Below, in pieces: positions 36,563 to 50,012 of a stretch of DNA of 64,000 nucleotides. The stretch's first letter is position 1, and each line of letters opens with the position of its first letter. A program made the position numbers and the translations under genes. Origin of the DNA: Balanoglossus misakiensis. Its lineage: Eukaryota > Animalia > Hemichordata. Location of the stretch: contig CM082585.2 in assembly GCA_040954595.2 (NCBI GenBank), forward strand, positions 138,814-202,813, read 5' to 3'. The notes under the pieces were generated by a model, which saw only the letters and a list, made by a program, of their open reading frames with translations, did no database searches and was not told the origin of the DNA.

Positions 36563-39500
36563 TCTGCAAGCAGCAATAGCGGTCCCAAGCCAACATAGCA
36601 CATAGCAACATAGCAATAAGCATATCTGCTCTGGATGCCAAGATATGGAAAAGTAGGTCAAAGGTCACCTGAGGTCATGCAAAATTTGGGCAAGAAATTT
36701 TGACCCTATACTGGTCCATGTTCAACAAAAACCAAACCTATAGCCCTATTGGTTAGCCTGGAATTAGGTATGCACATAATTAATGAGATATGCAGGTGTC
36801 ACAGGTGACCCCAAATTTTGGCTTTTCAATTTTTGTCCCAACCCTCCAAACGCCAAGTCTGTACCTGCTCTGGAGGCCAAGATATGATAAAGTAGGTCAA
36901 AGGTCACCTGAGGTCATGCAAAATTTGGGAAGAAATTTTGACCCTATACTGGTCCACGTTCAACAAAAACCAAACCTATAGCCCTATTGGTTAGCCTGGA
37001 ATTAGGTATGCACATAATTAATGAGATATGCAGGTGTCACAGGTGACCCCTATTTTGGCTTTTCAATTTTAGTCCCAACCCTCCGAACGGCAAGTCTGTA
37101 CCTGCTCTGGATGCCGAGATATAGGAAAGTAGGTCAAAGGTCACCCGAGGTCACCCCAAATTTGGGCAAGAAATTTTGACCCTATACTGGTCCATGTCCC
37201 ACAAGAACGAAACCTCTAGCCCTCTTAGTTAGCCCAGAATTAGGTATGCAAATAATTAATGAGTTAAGCAGGTGTTACAGGTGAGCCCAAATGTTGCCTT
37301 TATTTAGGTCCCAGACTGCTCACTGGCCAGTAGCCGGTCACTGTGAGGACCATTGCACAGACCAGAATTCCACAATAAGACGTGAACATAGCTTAACTAT
37401 AGAGGTATAAGTAAAGTTTGAAATTTAATAAAAAAAAATTAATATAAAAAAATCGGTCGACTTTTCATATTAATTTTTTTTGCTTACAATGATTGATAAA
37501 TGCTAAGCTAGCTGCACACCAAATTTGGACTTGATCGGCCCAACAGATTTTGAGATATGTTTGCATATTTATCTAAAATAATATGTGGTCTTAGCTTAAC
37601 TATGGAAAGTATAGGCCCATGGCTTGGTTGAAAAATATGAAAAATAATACTTAAAAATCTTCTTCTCAAAATTGACATGGCCTATGGCTTTGATATTTGG
37701 CATGTAGAACCCTGGCCATATGGTCCCTAATAGTTGCTAAAAGAATTTTGATATCTTCATGCATATGCAAATAAGGCCGATTTGAAAATTTTGCCCATAT
37801 ATGGTCATCAGGTCACATGACTTATTAAACATTCACAAGGGTACTGCACCAGCTCTCATAGGCCTGCACCATTATGCCAAATATGAGATTTGTGGGATTA
37901 GCCGTTTTCAAGATCTAGCTGGCCGAAAAAAGTGCCCAAGAAGAAGTAGAAGAATATAGCTGCAAGCAGCAATGGCGGGCCCAAGCCAACATAGCACATA
38001 GCAACATAGCAATAAGCATATCTGCTCTGGATGCCAAGATATGGAAAAGAAGGTCAAAGGTCACCTGAGGTCATGCAAAATTTGGGCGAGAAATTTTGAC
38101 CCTATACTGGTCCATGTTCATCAAAAAACAAATCTATAGCCCTATTGGTTAGCCTGGAATTAGGTATGCACATAATAAATGAGGTAGGCAGGTGTCACAG
38201 GTGACCCCCCAATTTGGCTTTTCAATTTTAGTCCCAACCCTCCAAACGCCAAGTCTGTACCTGCTCTCGATGCCAAGATCTGGTAAAGTAGGTCAAAGGT
38301 CACCTGAGGTCATGCAAAATTTGGGCAATAAATTTTGACCCTATACTGGTCCACGTTCAACAAAAACCAAACCTATAGCCCTATTGGTTAGCCTGGAATT
38401 AGGTATGCACATAATTAATGAGATATGCAGGTGTCACAGGTGACCCCTATTTTGGCTTTTCAACTTAAGTCCCAACCCTCCAAACGCCAAGTCTGTACCT
38501 GCTCTGGATGCCGAGATATAGGAAAGTAGGTCAAAGGTCACCTGAGGTCACCCCAAATTTTGGCAAGGAATTTTGACCCTATACTGGTCAATGTCCCACA
38601 AGAACGAAACCTCTAGCCCTCTTAGTTAGCCCAGAATTAGGTATGCACACAATTAATGAGTAAAGCAGGTGTTACAGGTGACCTCCAAGTTTGGCTTTTC
38701 AATTTTAGTCCCAACCCTCCAAACGCCAAGTCTGTACCTGCTGTGGATGCCAAGATATAGGAAAGTAGGTCAAAGGTCACCTGAGGTCACCCAAAATTTT
38801 GGCAGGAATTTTGACCTTATACTGGTCCATGTTCAACAAAAACCAAACCTATAGCCCGATTGGTTAGCCTGGAATTAGGTATGCACATAATTGATGAGAT
38901 ATGCAGGTGTCACAGGTCACCCCCATTTCAAATTTTCAATTTTAGTCCCAACCCTCCAAACGCCAAGTCTGTACCTGCTCTGGATGCCGAGATATAGGAA
39001 AGTAGGTCAAAGGTCACCTGAGGTCACCCAAAATTTGGGCAAGAAATTTTGATCCTATACGGGTCCATGTCCCACAAGAACGAAACCTCTAGCCCTCTTT
39101 GTTAGCCCAGAATTAGGTATGCACATAATTAATGAGTTAAGCAGGTGTTACAGGTGAGCCTAAAATTGTGCCTTTTATTTTGGTGCCATTGTGCTCACTG
39201 ACCAATAGACAGTCACTGTACAGGACTATTGCACAGACCAGAATTCCACAATAAGACATGGACATAGAGGTATAAGTAAAGGTATAAATTTATTAAAAAA
39301 ATTAATATAAAAAAATCCGTCGATTTTTCATATTATTTTTTTTCGCTTAAAATTATTGACAAATGCTAGTCTAGCTGCACACCAAAGTTGGAGATGATTG
39401 GCCTAACAGATTTTGAGATATGTATGCATATTTATCCAAAATAATATGTGGTCATAGCTTTACTATGGAAAGTATAGGCCCATGGCTTGGTAAAAAAATA

Positions 39501-41447
39501 TGAAAAATAATACTTAAAAATCTTCTTCTCAAAATTGGCATGGCCAATGGCCTTGACATTTGGCAAGTAGGACACTGACCACATGGTCCGCAAAAGTTGC
39601 TAAAAGAATTTTGATATCTCCATTCATATGCAAATAAGGCCGATTTGGAAATTTTGCCCATATATGGTCATCAGGTCACGTGACTAATTTAACATTCACA
39701 AGGGTACTGCACTAGCTCTCATTGGCCTGCACCATTGTGCCAAGTTTGAAATTGTTAGGTTTAGCAGTTTTCAAGATCTAGCTGGACAAAAAAACGACAC
39801 AAGAAGAAGAAGAAGAAGTAGAAGAATATAGCTGCAAGCAGCAATGGCGGGCCCAAGCCAACATAGCACATAGCAACATAGCAATAAGCATATCTGCTCT
39901 GGATGCCAAGATATGGAAAAGTAGGTCAAAGGTCACCTGAGGTCATGCAAAATTTGGGCGAGAAATGTTGACCCTATACTGGTCCATGTTCATCAAAAAC
40001 CAAACCTATAGCCCTATTGGTTAGCCTGGAATTAGGTATGCACATAATTAATGAGGTAGGCAGGTGTCACAGGTGACCCCCCAATTTGGCTTTTCAATTT
40101 TAGTCCCAACCATCCAAACGCCAATTCTGTATCTGCTCTGGATGCCAAGATATGGTAAAGTAGGTCAAAGGTCACCTGAGGTCATGCAAAATTTGGGCAA
40201 TAAATTTTGACCCTATACTGGTCCACGTTCAACAAAAACCAAACCTATAGCCCTATTGGTTAGCCTGGAATTAGGTATGCACATAATTAATGAGATATGC
40301 AGGTGTCACAGGTGACCCCTATTTTGGCTTTTCAACTTTAGTCCCAACCCTCCAAACGCCAAGTCTGTACCTGCTCTGGATGCCGAGATATAGGAAAGTA
40401 GGTCAAAGGTCACCTGAGGTCACCCCAAATTTGGGCAAGAAATTTTGACCCTATACTGGTCCATGTCCCACAAGAACGAAACCTCTAGCCCTCTTAGTTA
40501 GCCCAGAATTAGGTATGCACATAATTAATGAGTTAAGCAGGTGTTACAGGTGAGCCTAAAATTTTGCCTTTTTTTTTTGGTGCCATTGTGCTCACTGACC
40601 AATAGACACTCACTGTACAGGACTATTGCACTGACCAGAATTCCACAATAAGTCATGGACATAGCTTAACCATAGAGGTATAAGTAAAGGTATAAATTTA
40701 ATAAAAAAATTAATATAAAAAAATCGGTCGATTTTTCATATTATTTTTTTTTGCTTAAAATTATTGACAAATGCTAGGCTTGCTGCACACCAAAGTTGGA
40801 GATGATCGGCCTTACAGATTTTGAGATATGTATGCATATTTATCCAAAATAATATGTGTTCATAGCTTTACTATGTAAGGTATAGGCCCATGGCTTGGGC
40901 GAAAAATATGAAAAATAATACTTAAAAATCTTCTTATCAAAATTGACATGGCCTATGGCCTTGACATTTGGCATGTAGAACCCTGGCCATATGGTCCGTA
41001 AAACTTGCTAAAAGAATTTTGATATGTCCATTCATATGCAAATAAGGCCAATTTGAAAATTTTGCCCATATATGGTCATCAGGTCACATGACTAATTAAA
41101 CATTCACAAGGGTACTGCACTAGCTCTCATTGACCTGCACCATTGTGCCAAGTTTGAAATTGGTAGGTTTAGCCGTTTTCCAGATCTACCTGGCCGAAAA
41201 AACGACAGAAGAAGAAGAAGAAGAAGAAGAAAAAGAAAAACTCCAGTAAAAACAATAGGGCCCAAGCCTGCTGGGCTTGGGCCCTAAAAAACCCCAGTAA
41301 TACCAATAGGGCCCAAGCCTGCTGGGCTTGGGCCCTAAAAAACCCCAGTAATACCAATAGGGCCCAAGCCTGCTGGGCTTGGGCCCTAAATATTCCAACA
41401 ATAACAATGGGGGCACAAGCCGCCTGAGGGCGCTTGTGCCCCCAATA
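36563..41447 (+). repeat. Nested cluster of three family B elements with ~239-bp satellite arrays and stacked 3' hairpin tails
   Basis: Heads at ~36563, 37958, 39830; three gggcccaagcctgctgggcttgggccctaa tails at 41258-41390 plus a variant tail to 41447. Confidence 0.8.
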
Positions 41448-42105
41448 ATAACACATGATAGAGAGAGCAATATCACGATTTGAAGCCTGCACGAGGGATG
41501 GTGCTCTCTGACCACAATATTGATGATGCCCGAGCCGCAGGCAAGCCGTAGGCGAGGGTATCATCAATATTGTGGTCAGAGAGCACCAGCCCAAGGGCAG
41601 GATTCAAATCGTGATGTTGCCGAAGCATCATGTGCTATTAATTTTATTACGCCGAACATTTGAACATATATACACTATAGCATAGAAGAACGTAGACTCG
41701 CGTCCGTATGTCGTACGTTGCTGAGAATGTAAAATGTCTTGATCTCCCAAGAACTATACCTACTTCGAACTCAGACAATTTTGAGGATACTGCGCTGTTG
41801 GTTGCGATTTTGGTGTATTTACTGTCCGTTTGCAATATAATATCGTCCATTTGAACAGGTATTAAGCTTATGTGTCGCTTTGAAGCCATAGATGCGGGAG
41901 TTAACTGATCATGAAGGAAGCCATTGAACGACAGTTAGTACGCGCAGAAGTCGTACGCAGAACACCAAAACAACTCAGCGGCCAATATCAGCGCACGCGA
42001 CAGGGTTTTATCGACTCTAGCAATGTTATATCACTTTTTCTTCTATATCACGTGAGCGCGTCTCAGCCAATCATGAATACGGTATAATACATGAGGTGTA
42101 ATAAT
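41448..42105. repeat. Interspersed repeat opening with a ~190-bp hairpin centred on gagccg(c/t)aggc (Crypton-like non-autonomous element?)
   Basis: Palindrome 41448-41640; 3' end gaggtgtaataat shared with 2910-2991. Confidence 0.45.
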
Positions 42106-42150
42106 GAATATTATAACAACATGACAAAGTTCAATTAATCAATCAATCAA

Positions 42151-42655
42151 AAATCGTGTCAAGGACACAATGGTCCCATTGAGGAATTGCACAAGAAAAA
42201 GTGTACACCGGAGTACACTTTTTCACATATACAGACAGACAGACACCCACACACACACACACATAGCGAGAGATCAATGGGCAAGCACTGACTGACCCAT
42301 AAGCTGCCAATGGCATTTGTACTGTACATACACTAAATAGAACAGCTGGTCTCTTTAAAACTTAGCCAGTTATGTAATCATTCAGGAATTTGCTGTGTAT
42401 ATAAACAACTCAATAAAGTAAATACACACCACTTCATAAAGCAATCTGACCAGTAGTTCTTGAGTTACTGAGTTTTGACCAAATTCACAGTTTCCCAGCT
42501 AATTTGCATATTTTTGGCAATGACAACTTCATTTGAACGAACTCCCATCTACAGCCCAGCCTGCATCTGCACACCAAATATCAAGGTGATACACGCAGGT
42601 TTTTTAAGTTTTTGATGTGGACGGACATACAGACATCCAGACATACACACATACA

Positions 42656-42686
<31 letters not shown>

Positions 42687-42802
42687 TGTTACATACATAC
42701 ATACATGCATGCATGCATACATACATACATACATACATACATACATACATACAGACGCAACCTATTCCATAAGGTCCCATGGTACATACCAATGGGACCT
42801 AA
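42151..42802 (+). mobile_element. HINE family A element
   Basis: Same head, body and tail; expanded (CATA)n. Confidence 0.65.
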
Positions 42803-42935
42803 TCAAAAACATTTATATGCCGGTAATATCCAGATTTACTGTTCAGTGGCGGCCAATGGTTGTTCACACACTGTAGGCTTTTTCAAAGAAATATGTCTTC
42901 AGTTTTATCTTATAAGACTCAAGATTGGGTGCTAG

Positions 42936-43125
42936 TCAAATCTCATTAAGCTGTGAGTTCCATAGCTTTGCAGTAGCATAAGAAAATGCCCGTCCACAAT
43001 TGACTTGCTTGTACTGTGTTGTTGTCAGAAGGTTCTTTTCCTGAGACCTTAAGTTGCGAGAAGGGGTATATTGATTAACCATGTTAGAAATGTACTCCAG
43101 GGTAAGGCCATGAGTTTCTTTACTT
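42936..43125 (-). mobile_element. L2/CR1-group LINE ORF2 3' fragment
   Basis: HGLTLEYISNMVNQYTPSRNLRS..GRAFSYATAKLWNS. Confidence 0.7.
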
Positions 43126-43139
43126 CTGAATATCATTAC

Positions 43140-43301
43140 CTGATTAGCTTGTAGGAAAGCCAGCCCTAGGAGTCTGGTAGCCAGTCCGTGTGGGGTTGGT
43201 GAAAGATGGACAGGGATAAGTGAGTTGCCTGTCTTTGTAGCAATGCTCTCAAACACAGCAGTCAACAACTTGTAGGACAGTTTATCACCAGTGATACCTC
43301 C
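43140..43301 (-). pseudogene. PRKDC: PRKDC exon
   Basis: cag|GGITGDKLSYKLLTAVFESIA..LATRLLGLAFLQANQ|gtaat. Confidence 0.75.
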
Positions 43302-44211
43302 CTGCAGTGTGAATAAAAATATTGCCATTTACTTTGTAATATATCCAAAATCAGAAAAGGGCATACTGGTAAATGTTATCTGGCTTATTATGAAGGCGTT
43401 TTTACATTCCTGGATCACATAAGCTTGTATTGTAAAGGCTAAAGCTCCGTATGTATTGTAACTTTCCCGGTTGCTGTGTTACAAGAGTTTATTTTCCACA
43501 GGAAGCTTGTTGAAAAAAAGGTGTGTTTTATTCGTGTCTGATATTGGAGTTGTCCCCTTTCCATGTTCATGATTCCACAAACAGAACCAAATCAAATCAA
43601 TCAGAAATAACATTATCCAGCCTGTGGAAATATCTAAGTAAAAGGCTAGAGATTATCACTTGTTCTGCATATGACAGAAAATAAATACTGCTAAATACTG
43701 GCACAAGTTTGCAGTCCATAAACCCCGGTGCGGGGTATAAAAAGCCCCCCTAAATCAGTGGCGAATCTTAATGCCGTTTGACTGACAACAGACAATACCA
43801 ACGATCTCGGCTCTATGAAAATTGGCCCAAACAGGTCCAAGCATACAGAATTACACCACACAACGACAGTAGTTGGCTTTATAAACACACACAACATAAA
43901 GTTATCGACGAAAAAGTAAACGAGCTTTGGAAACAACAATGATTTTGGGAGAAATCTGGTTTCAGTGCTTTTCAGAACAATGGATCGCGTCCCTGGGAAA
44001 CAATGGCCACGCAATTCAAACAGCTGTCAATCGCATGGAGTTGTAAGGTGTTCAATTATTTTCAATGTACATGAGATCAATTACACAGTTGTTATGCACG
44101 ATGACCACTCCCAAATAAACAACTATACAAACACACGTTAATCCGAATCCCCGGCCTTTTACGCACCGGGGTTTAAGAACTCCCTCATCTTTGGCTTATT
44201 CAGTAACTGAC

Positions 44212-44350
44212 CTTTTGTTGCAACGCTGGAAGCAAGTTTGCCTTGTGAAGCTGTTCATATTCTGATACCATTTGGATCAGTTTGATAACGTTAACATCCT
44301 TCTCACTGCCTTTCAGTAAAGATGGTGTAATCAGGAGAATATCATCATGT
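44212..44350 (-). pseudogene. PRKDC: PRKDC exon
   Basis: cag|HDDILLI..KLIQMVSEYEQLHKANLLPALQQK|gtcagt. Confidence 0.75.
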
Positions 44351-44432
44351 CTGTAATAGATAATGATAAGACACTGTCATTTTGGTGGTCTATTTTGCTC
44401 AGAGATTATGAGGATCTAATGACAGAGATTAC

Positions 44433-44465
<33 letters not shown>

Positions 44466-44528
44466 AACAGAGAGACTTAATTCCATTTCATTAGCACTCT
44501 GAGTCACTGAATGATTATCAATCCTTAC

Positions 44529-44624
44529 CCTTTCTGGCCAAGCATCTTCTGGATACATTTTTTTCAAATCCATCACAACACTCTTAGGTGCTTTCTGTGC
44601 AAGCAGTCCCAGTAATTGTCAAGT
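44529..44624 (-). pseudogene. PRKDC: PRKDC exon with an in-frame TGA and an A-run frameshift
   Basis: T*QLLGLLAQKAPKSVVMDLKK / CIQKMLGQKG|gtaag; phase fits the neighbours only after a -1 correction. Confidence 0.65.
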
Positions 44625-45101
44625 CTGCTCCCAATGATAAAATAACAATTATAAATATTATATCATGCTACCATCTGCCAGTCTGAATGGATGAGAGCTC
44701 AACCAAATAATGCTTAGCACTTCCAAACCCGGCCCTTTAACTAGCATGCTAAAGAGGAAATTCATGCCATTCTCATTATGCATCATTTCTTTGCAAAAAA
44801 AAAATTCTTCCACAAAGGCACCTGACAAATGGGACCGCATAATATTGATCTCTTCATTTTGGCACAACATAGTTCCAAATTTCATCCTAACAAGTTTTAT
44901 TTGACAATCAAAATTAGCTGATGTATGTATGTGATAAACATATCTTTCTCGTCATTAGTCCTCACTCGTGTACCTGTGTTACAGACTATTGATTCCCCTT
45001 ATAGCTGCAATCCCCCCATAAAGGAATCACTCATTCACAACACAGACACACTTGTTTAAAATATGGGGAAAACCGTTATAAATTCTTATAATAATACTTA
45101 C

Positions 45102-45228
45102 CCTTGCAGGCAAGTTATTGATGACTTCAACATCAGCCATGTCAAAACCAAGAGATGTGGGGTCTAAAACACAAGCTGGTGATGCATTCGTACAAATGGG
45201 TGCTCCACAAGGTGTTTGGGATGGACTG
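45102..45228 (-). pseudogene. PRKDC: PRKDC exon with a +1 frameshift
   Basis: SIPNTLWSTHLYECIT / ACVLDPTSLGFDMADVEVINNLPAR|gtaagt. Confidence 0.85.
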
Positions 45229-45294
45229 CTAAAGCAAAACATCAAATCCGTAATCAAAAAATTGGTGTCATTCATTACACTATTAACACTGTAT

Positions 45295-45396
45295 AGAGGC
45301 TTAATGAGGCCACAGGAATATATATTTTTTATTTCATGAATTTTTTATTACAGGCATGAAATAAAAAAATTACTCCTGTGGCCTCATTAAGCCTCT
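45295..45396. repeat. Palindromic MITE-like hairpin
   Basis: agaggcttaatgaggccacagga ... tcctgtggcctcattaagcctct. Confidence 0.75.
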
Positions 45397-46074
45397 GTAA
45401 CACTGCATGGTTAAAATAGTAATTTGTGTGTATTTTGTACTTACAATCACCGCATTTGAATGAATCAATGGGACACTTAGAAGAAAACAAAAATAATTAT
45501 CATTCTTTGTCTTACTTCAAACTGAATGTGATAATGTCATCATATAAATGTCTTTATCATACATGCAACGCCTGTATTTGGCACTTTCCATTGTTCTCGC
45601 CCCGAAGATATTTTACGGTATACACTGAGTGCAATATATCTTCACTCCGCGTCTCGAACTATTTTTGAGAACGCGCGGCGCGACAGTTCGCTGCGCGTGC
45701 GAGCGACGTATGGGGCATAGGACACTAGTGGAGAGGGGTGTTGTAAAATTCGATTATTAGAAGCTGTAATAACGTTTTCAAAGCTGGCAGTTTTGCCATG
45801 TTGAACGTATCATTTTTACTTCTTCGAAATTCTCAATGCAAAATAATTGTTAACATGATATTTTGAAAGAGAATGTAGACAATTTTATTTAGAATGCGGA
45901 TGTGCCCATCGTAATGAAAGCTGCCAACCCCCTTAAAATGATACTACGGCCCACATGCATACGTCACAACATGGCTACTGCCGTGATCCCAGGGCGCCCG
46001 TTCAAATTTGAAATCGTTTTTCTCGGCGCATTTTCGCAAATTGTACTGTTTTATAGGTAGGCATGTATGATAAA

Positions 46075-46213
46075 GGGGTTATTACACGAATTTTGGTTGA
46101 TAACGCAATGCATTCTCGTGATGTCCGTATTTTGACTTCGCTTCGCAACTCGTCAAAAACGGACATCACTCGAATACGACGCATTATCGACCAAAATTCG
46201 TGTAATAACCCCT
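46075..46213. repeat. Palindromic MITE-like hairpin
   Basis: ggggttattacacgaattttgg ... ccaaaattcgtgtaataacccc. Confidence 0.8.
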
Positions 46214-46235
46214 AAATATGGACTGCAAACGTATA

Positions 46236-46423
46236 CTGTAAAACAGGTTATTTTCATGAAAGAGGCAACTGTTATGCGAGAATTACTTTTCACGTTTCCA
46301 TATTTTCATTTACTGCATCGTTATCTTTCAAAAACATTTTTTGCGACTTTTTATTTTCACTATTTTTTGGCTCTCGTGTATCTCGCGAAAATTTATTGCT
46401 CGCGAAAATAAACTGTTTTACAG
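46236..46423. mobile_element. TA-flanked Tc1/mariner-type MITE
   Basis: TA|CTGTAAAACAG ... CTGTTTTACAG|TA. Confidence 0.7.
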
Positions 46424-46819
46424 TACCTTTAGACATCAATAACCAAATGAATATATTAACTCTTAACCCTTTCATTCCCTAATCCCTCTAAAGAGGTCCA
46501 ATTTCACCATAGAAACAATTGTGGTAACAGGGTTAGAGCAGCTTTTAAAGGGCATGTCATACTTGTCTTTGAACTTCAAGTAACTACGTAAATGCATATT
46601 GAACCAGTAAATTATATTTGAAGAATTTGCAGAGGCAAGGAAAATTATCACAAAGTGGATGAAGTGAGATATAACAGGTGAATGGCTGGTCTGACTGGAC
46701 AGTTCTAAACAACAACACTTTTTACAAGTACTGTTTAACCCTTTCACAGCCATGGTTCAGTCCAAACACATTGTTTCCTATGGAATGTTGGACCTCTAAA
46801 GAGAGAACTTGGGTGAAAT

Positions 46820-47160
46820 GGGACAAAGTCTCTCTCTTGCTGCCTTTTCCATAAATTATGTTTGATACAAGACACTGTTTATGTTATTCTACATGTGGAT
46901 ATATAGTGAATCAACGTTCGACCACACACAACTTCCATCCCACTTGCAGACACTAGAGTGAAAAAGTCACCAAATTGAATAATTGGTGTTTACCGTTTAT
47001 TCATTTTGGCGAGATTTTTACTCTCATATCCTTCAAATGGGATGGAAGGTGTGTGTGGTCGAACGTTTATTCACTATATATCCACATGACATAAACGGTG
47101 TCTAGTATCAAACATAGTTAATGGATAAAAGGCAGCGAGAGAGAGACTTTGTTCCTTTAA
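46820..47160. mobile_element. Kolobok-type palindromic MITE (partial copies at ~6550, 8989, 25479)
   Basis: gggacaaagtctctctc ... gagagagactttgttcct|TTAA; the other copies start TTAA|AGGGACAAAG. Confidence 0.6.
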
Positions 47161-47345
47161 AGTATACCTTAAATCACTACTCATAATCAATATTGTTTTA
47201 TGTAATTTTTTGTTGGATCAACCTCACCCTTCTTATATCACATAAACAGAAATAAAATTGATAAAATGTCCCTTGTATAACAAAAATAGCATAAATGACA
47301 CTGTGCTCACATTTTGAGGCGAAAAACTGCATCCTTCATCCTTAC

Positions 47346-47575
47346 CTTTCCCAATTCATTGGAGTGGAGAGCCAGCAAGACAGTCAGGAAATCAATCAAT
47401 TGAACAATGATAGTACATTCGCTCTTGTTGTAACTTTCCATCTCTCTTGGAGTAAACACCAGTCCTTGCACAGTTGTGTCAAAACACTTGGCTGCACCAT
47501 AGATATCTTCTAACGCAAGCTTTGTCAGAAAGAACTCCAGCGATTTAAACAGACTGCTGGTTTTTTGCACTTTCC
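47346..47575 (-). pseudogene. PRKDC: PRKDC exon
   Basis: GKVQKTSSLFKSLEFFLTKLALEDIYGAAKCF..TPREMESYNKSECTIIVQLIDFL..GK|gtaag. Confidence 0.9.
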
Positions 47576-47692
47576 CTGTGTGCAAAGATAGAATAAATTC
47601 AAATAATGACACACTAGTTGTCAGAAAAAATTCAATTCAAGCTCAAGCAAATTCTTTGGCTTAGGATAGGTCAATTTGTCTGTTAAATATTA

Positions 47693-48010
47693 GGCCAAAG
47701 TAAATTCTTTGTGTTACATCCACACAAATATAAGTTTTCAAATGTTTTCAAGTAAAACACATGCAAAGTTTTCTTGGGAAATTTTTCTTATGGACAATAT
47801 TGTCTCACAAAATTAAGTCATGACTCTGTGCAGTCATAAGACAACCACTGAACCAAATCACTACAGGGACATTCATATAGCATGACAAAATGAAGGAAAA
47901 ATTGTTTTGTATTAGATTTTTGTTGCGTACTGTTTTATAACCGTTCAGCCACCTAGCTAACAGAATACTCAGTGGGTGCAAAATAAAGAATTTACTTCAA
48001 TATTTTGGCC
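47693..48010. mobile_element. PIF/Harbinger-type MITE
   Basis: TTA|GGCCAAA ... TTTGGCC|TTA. Confidence 0.6.
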
Positions 48011-49170
48011 TTATGTCTATTCTGCAAATACAAGCACAGTGTTGTATTTGGGTAATACACAGTGCTTTAGAAGACCCAACCTACCGGTAATAGGTTAGCC
48101 ATTTATGCACCTGTATCACACCTGTTCAAAGAGTAAATTGACTGATGAGGAACGAACTAATCAAAGACAACCTTATGAGATTGCTTGTGTTTCAAATGAG
48201 CAATACTACATGTTGTTTTACATTAGGTAGTGTTACTGTAAAAAATAAAACTCCACAAACAAACTTCATTTTTTTATTTGTTGTGTTGATTATCACATGA
48301 ACTGGCCCGTATAGCCACCAGTGTGACGTAGAACAGGTCGAACAAAAAATCCGAATTTTCCCCTGTTCTACGTCATCAACTGGAACTATTTTCACTGATT
48401 CGCCCGTCGCTATAACTTCCTTGTAAAACGGAATAACAAGTGCATAAACCCGTAGTTGTACACGATTGAAATAAAAATGACGGTTCCATGACGGTTGCGA
48501 AAGAATATCGCTTGGTAAAAGCAATACGAGAAAGGTAGAATTTGAAACGTCGACGCTACGATCGTGAATGTGTGCTTGAAGCTAGCCAGCCTGGTCGATC
48601 CCGAGCGAGCCAGCACACTTGATTTTAGGCTTACAGAAGTTACGAGAATGATTTCGAGCCACCTGAGTGGGACGACTAACACTCTGTATTCTGTCCACCG
48701 GTCAACGAAATGTATAAGACGTGGAAAAATGTCGCAGTTCATTTGTTTGAGAATCGAAAACATTTGTGTGGGGTTCAAGGATGAGATTCTGTACGAGGGT
48801 TGTAGTTTCTGCGGAAACACAACGGCGCTGACTAGCCAGGCCGACGCCTGTGGTTTTCGCGGAGTCGTACAACTTCTCGCCTACGGCTCGAAGTTGCACG
48901 GCTCCGCAAAAACCACTCATTTACGATGACGTCAAACAAAGAAAAATATCATGGGATTATATATAAGAACAATTGACCGATGTATGTGAAGATTGACTGG
49001 TACCCTGCCTCAGTGACAAACATCAAAGAGGCAGGTAAGCACAAACCGCCGTATTTAGAATTGTGGAATCTCATTGGCTAATAAACAAACTTTCTATTAC
49101 TTCCATGCTAGAGTCAATCTGTCACGTTTCTTGGCAATCATTTTTACCCTTCCTGAATAAACATATTTTA

Positions 49171-49779
49171 AAAATCGCGTCAAGGACACGGTGGTCCCAT
49201 TGAGTGATTACAAAGAAAAAGTCTACACCGGAGTACAGGGCCATATACACACACACACACACACATAGCGAGAGATCAATGGGCAAACACTGACTGACCC
49301 ATAAGCTGCCATGGCATATGTACTGCACATACACTAAATAGAACAGCTGGCCTCTTTAAAACTTAGCCAGTTATGTAATCATTCAGAAATTTACCGTGTT
49401 CATATGAATCACAGGAGGGGAGTTCCTGCCTAATTAAACCAACTCAATAAAGTAAACACACACCACTTTGCAAAGCAATCTGACCAGTACTTCTTAAGTT
49501 ACTGAGTTTTGCCCAAATTCACATTTTTCCAGCTAATTTGCATATTTTTGGCAATGACAACTTCATTTGAACGAATTTCCATCTAGAGCCCAGCCTGCAT
49601 CAGCACACCAAATATCAAGGTGATACACGCAGCGGTTTACAAGTTTTTGATGTGGACGGACATACAGACATCCATCCATCCATCTATCCATCCATCCATC
49701 CATCCATACATACACACATACATACATACAAACGCAACCGATCCCATAAGGTCCCATGGTACATACCAATGGGACCCCA
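49171..49779 (+). mobile_element. HINE family A element
   Basis: Same head, microsatellites and 3' hairpin as 29351 and 42151. Confidence 0.65.
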
Positions 49780-50012
49780 AAAACTAACAGTTTATGATGG
49801 AAGTGAAGCTAAAATTAATGCAACTACTGACACAAATGTACGTAAGTTTTACAACAGACATGCGCATTAGACCATTTCCAGAGTGTCAAAAAACTAACAC
49901 ATTACAAAATGGCGGATGGCCTGTATCTGTGTCAGTCTTCGTGAGGTGTCTTGCTTAGTCACGTGAGACGCAGTGTTCAGCGAATATGTGAAGACAAAAA
50001 TTTCAGACCAAC

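Noticed and set aside
41258-41390. Three palindromic ~30-bp repeats resembling a mini-CRISPR
   Set aside because: The intervening sequences are near-identical; explained as stacked element tails
42549-42935. ORFs rich in MYVC/HTYI
   Set aside because: Translations of a (CATA)n microsatellite
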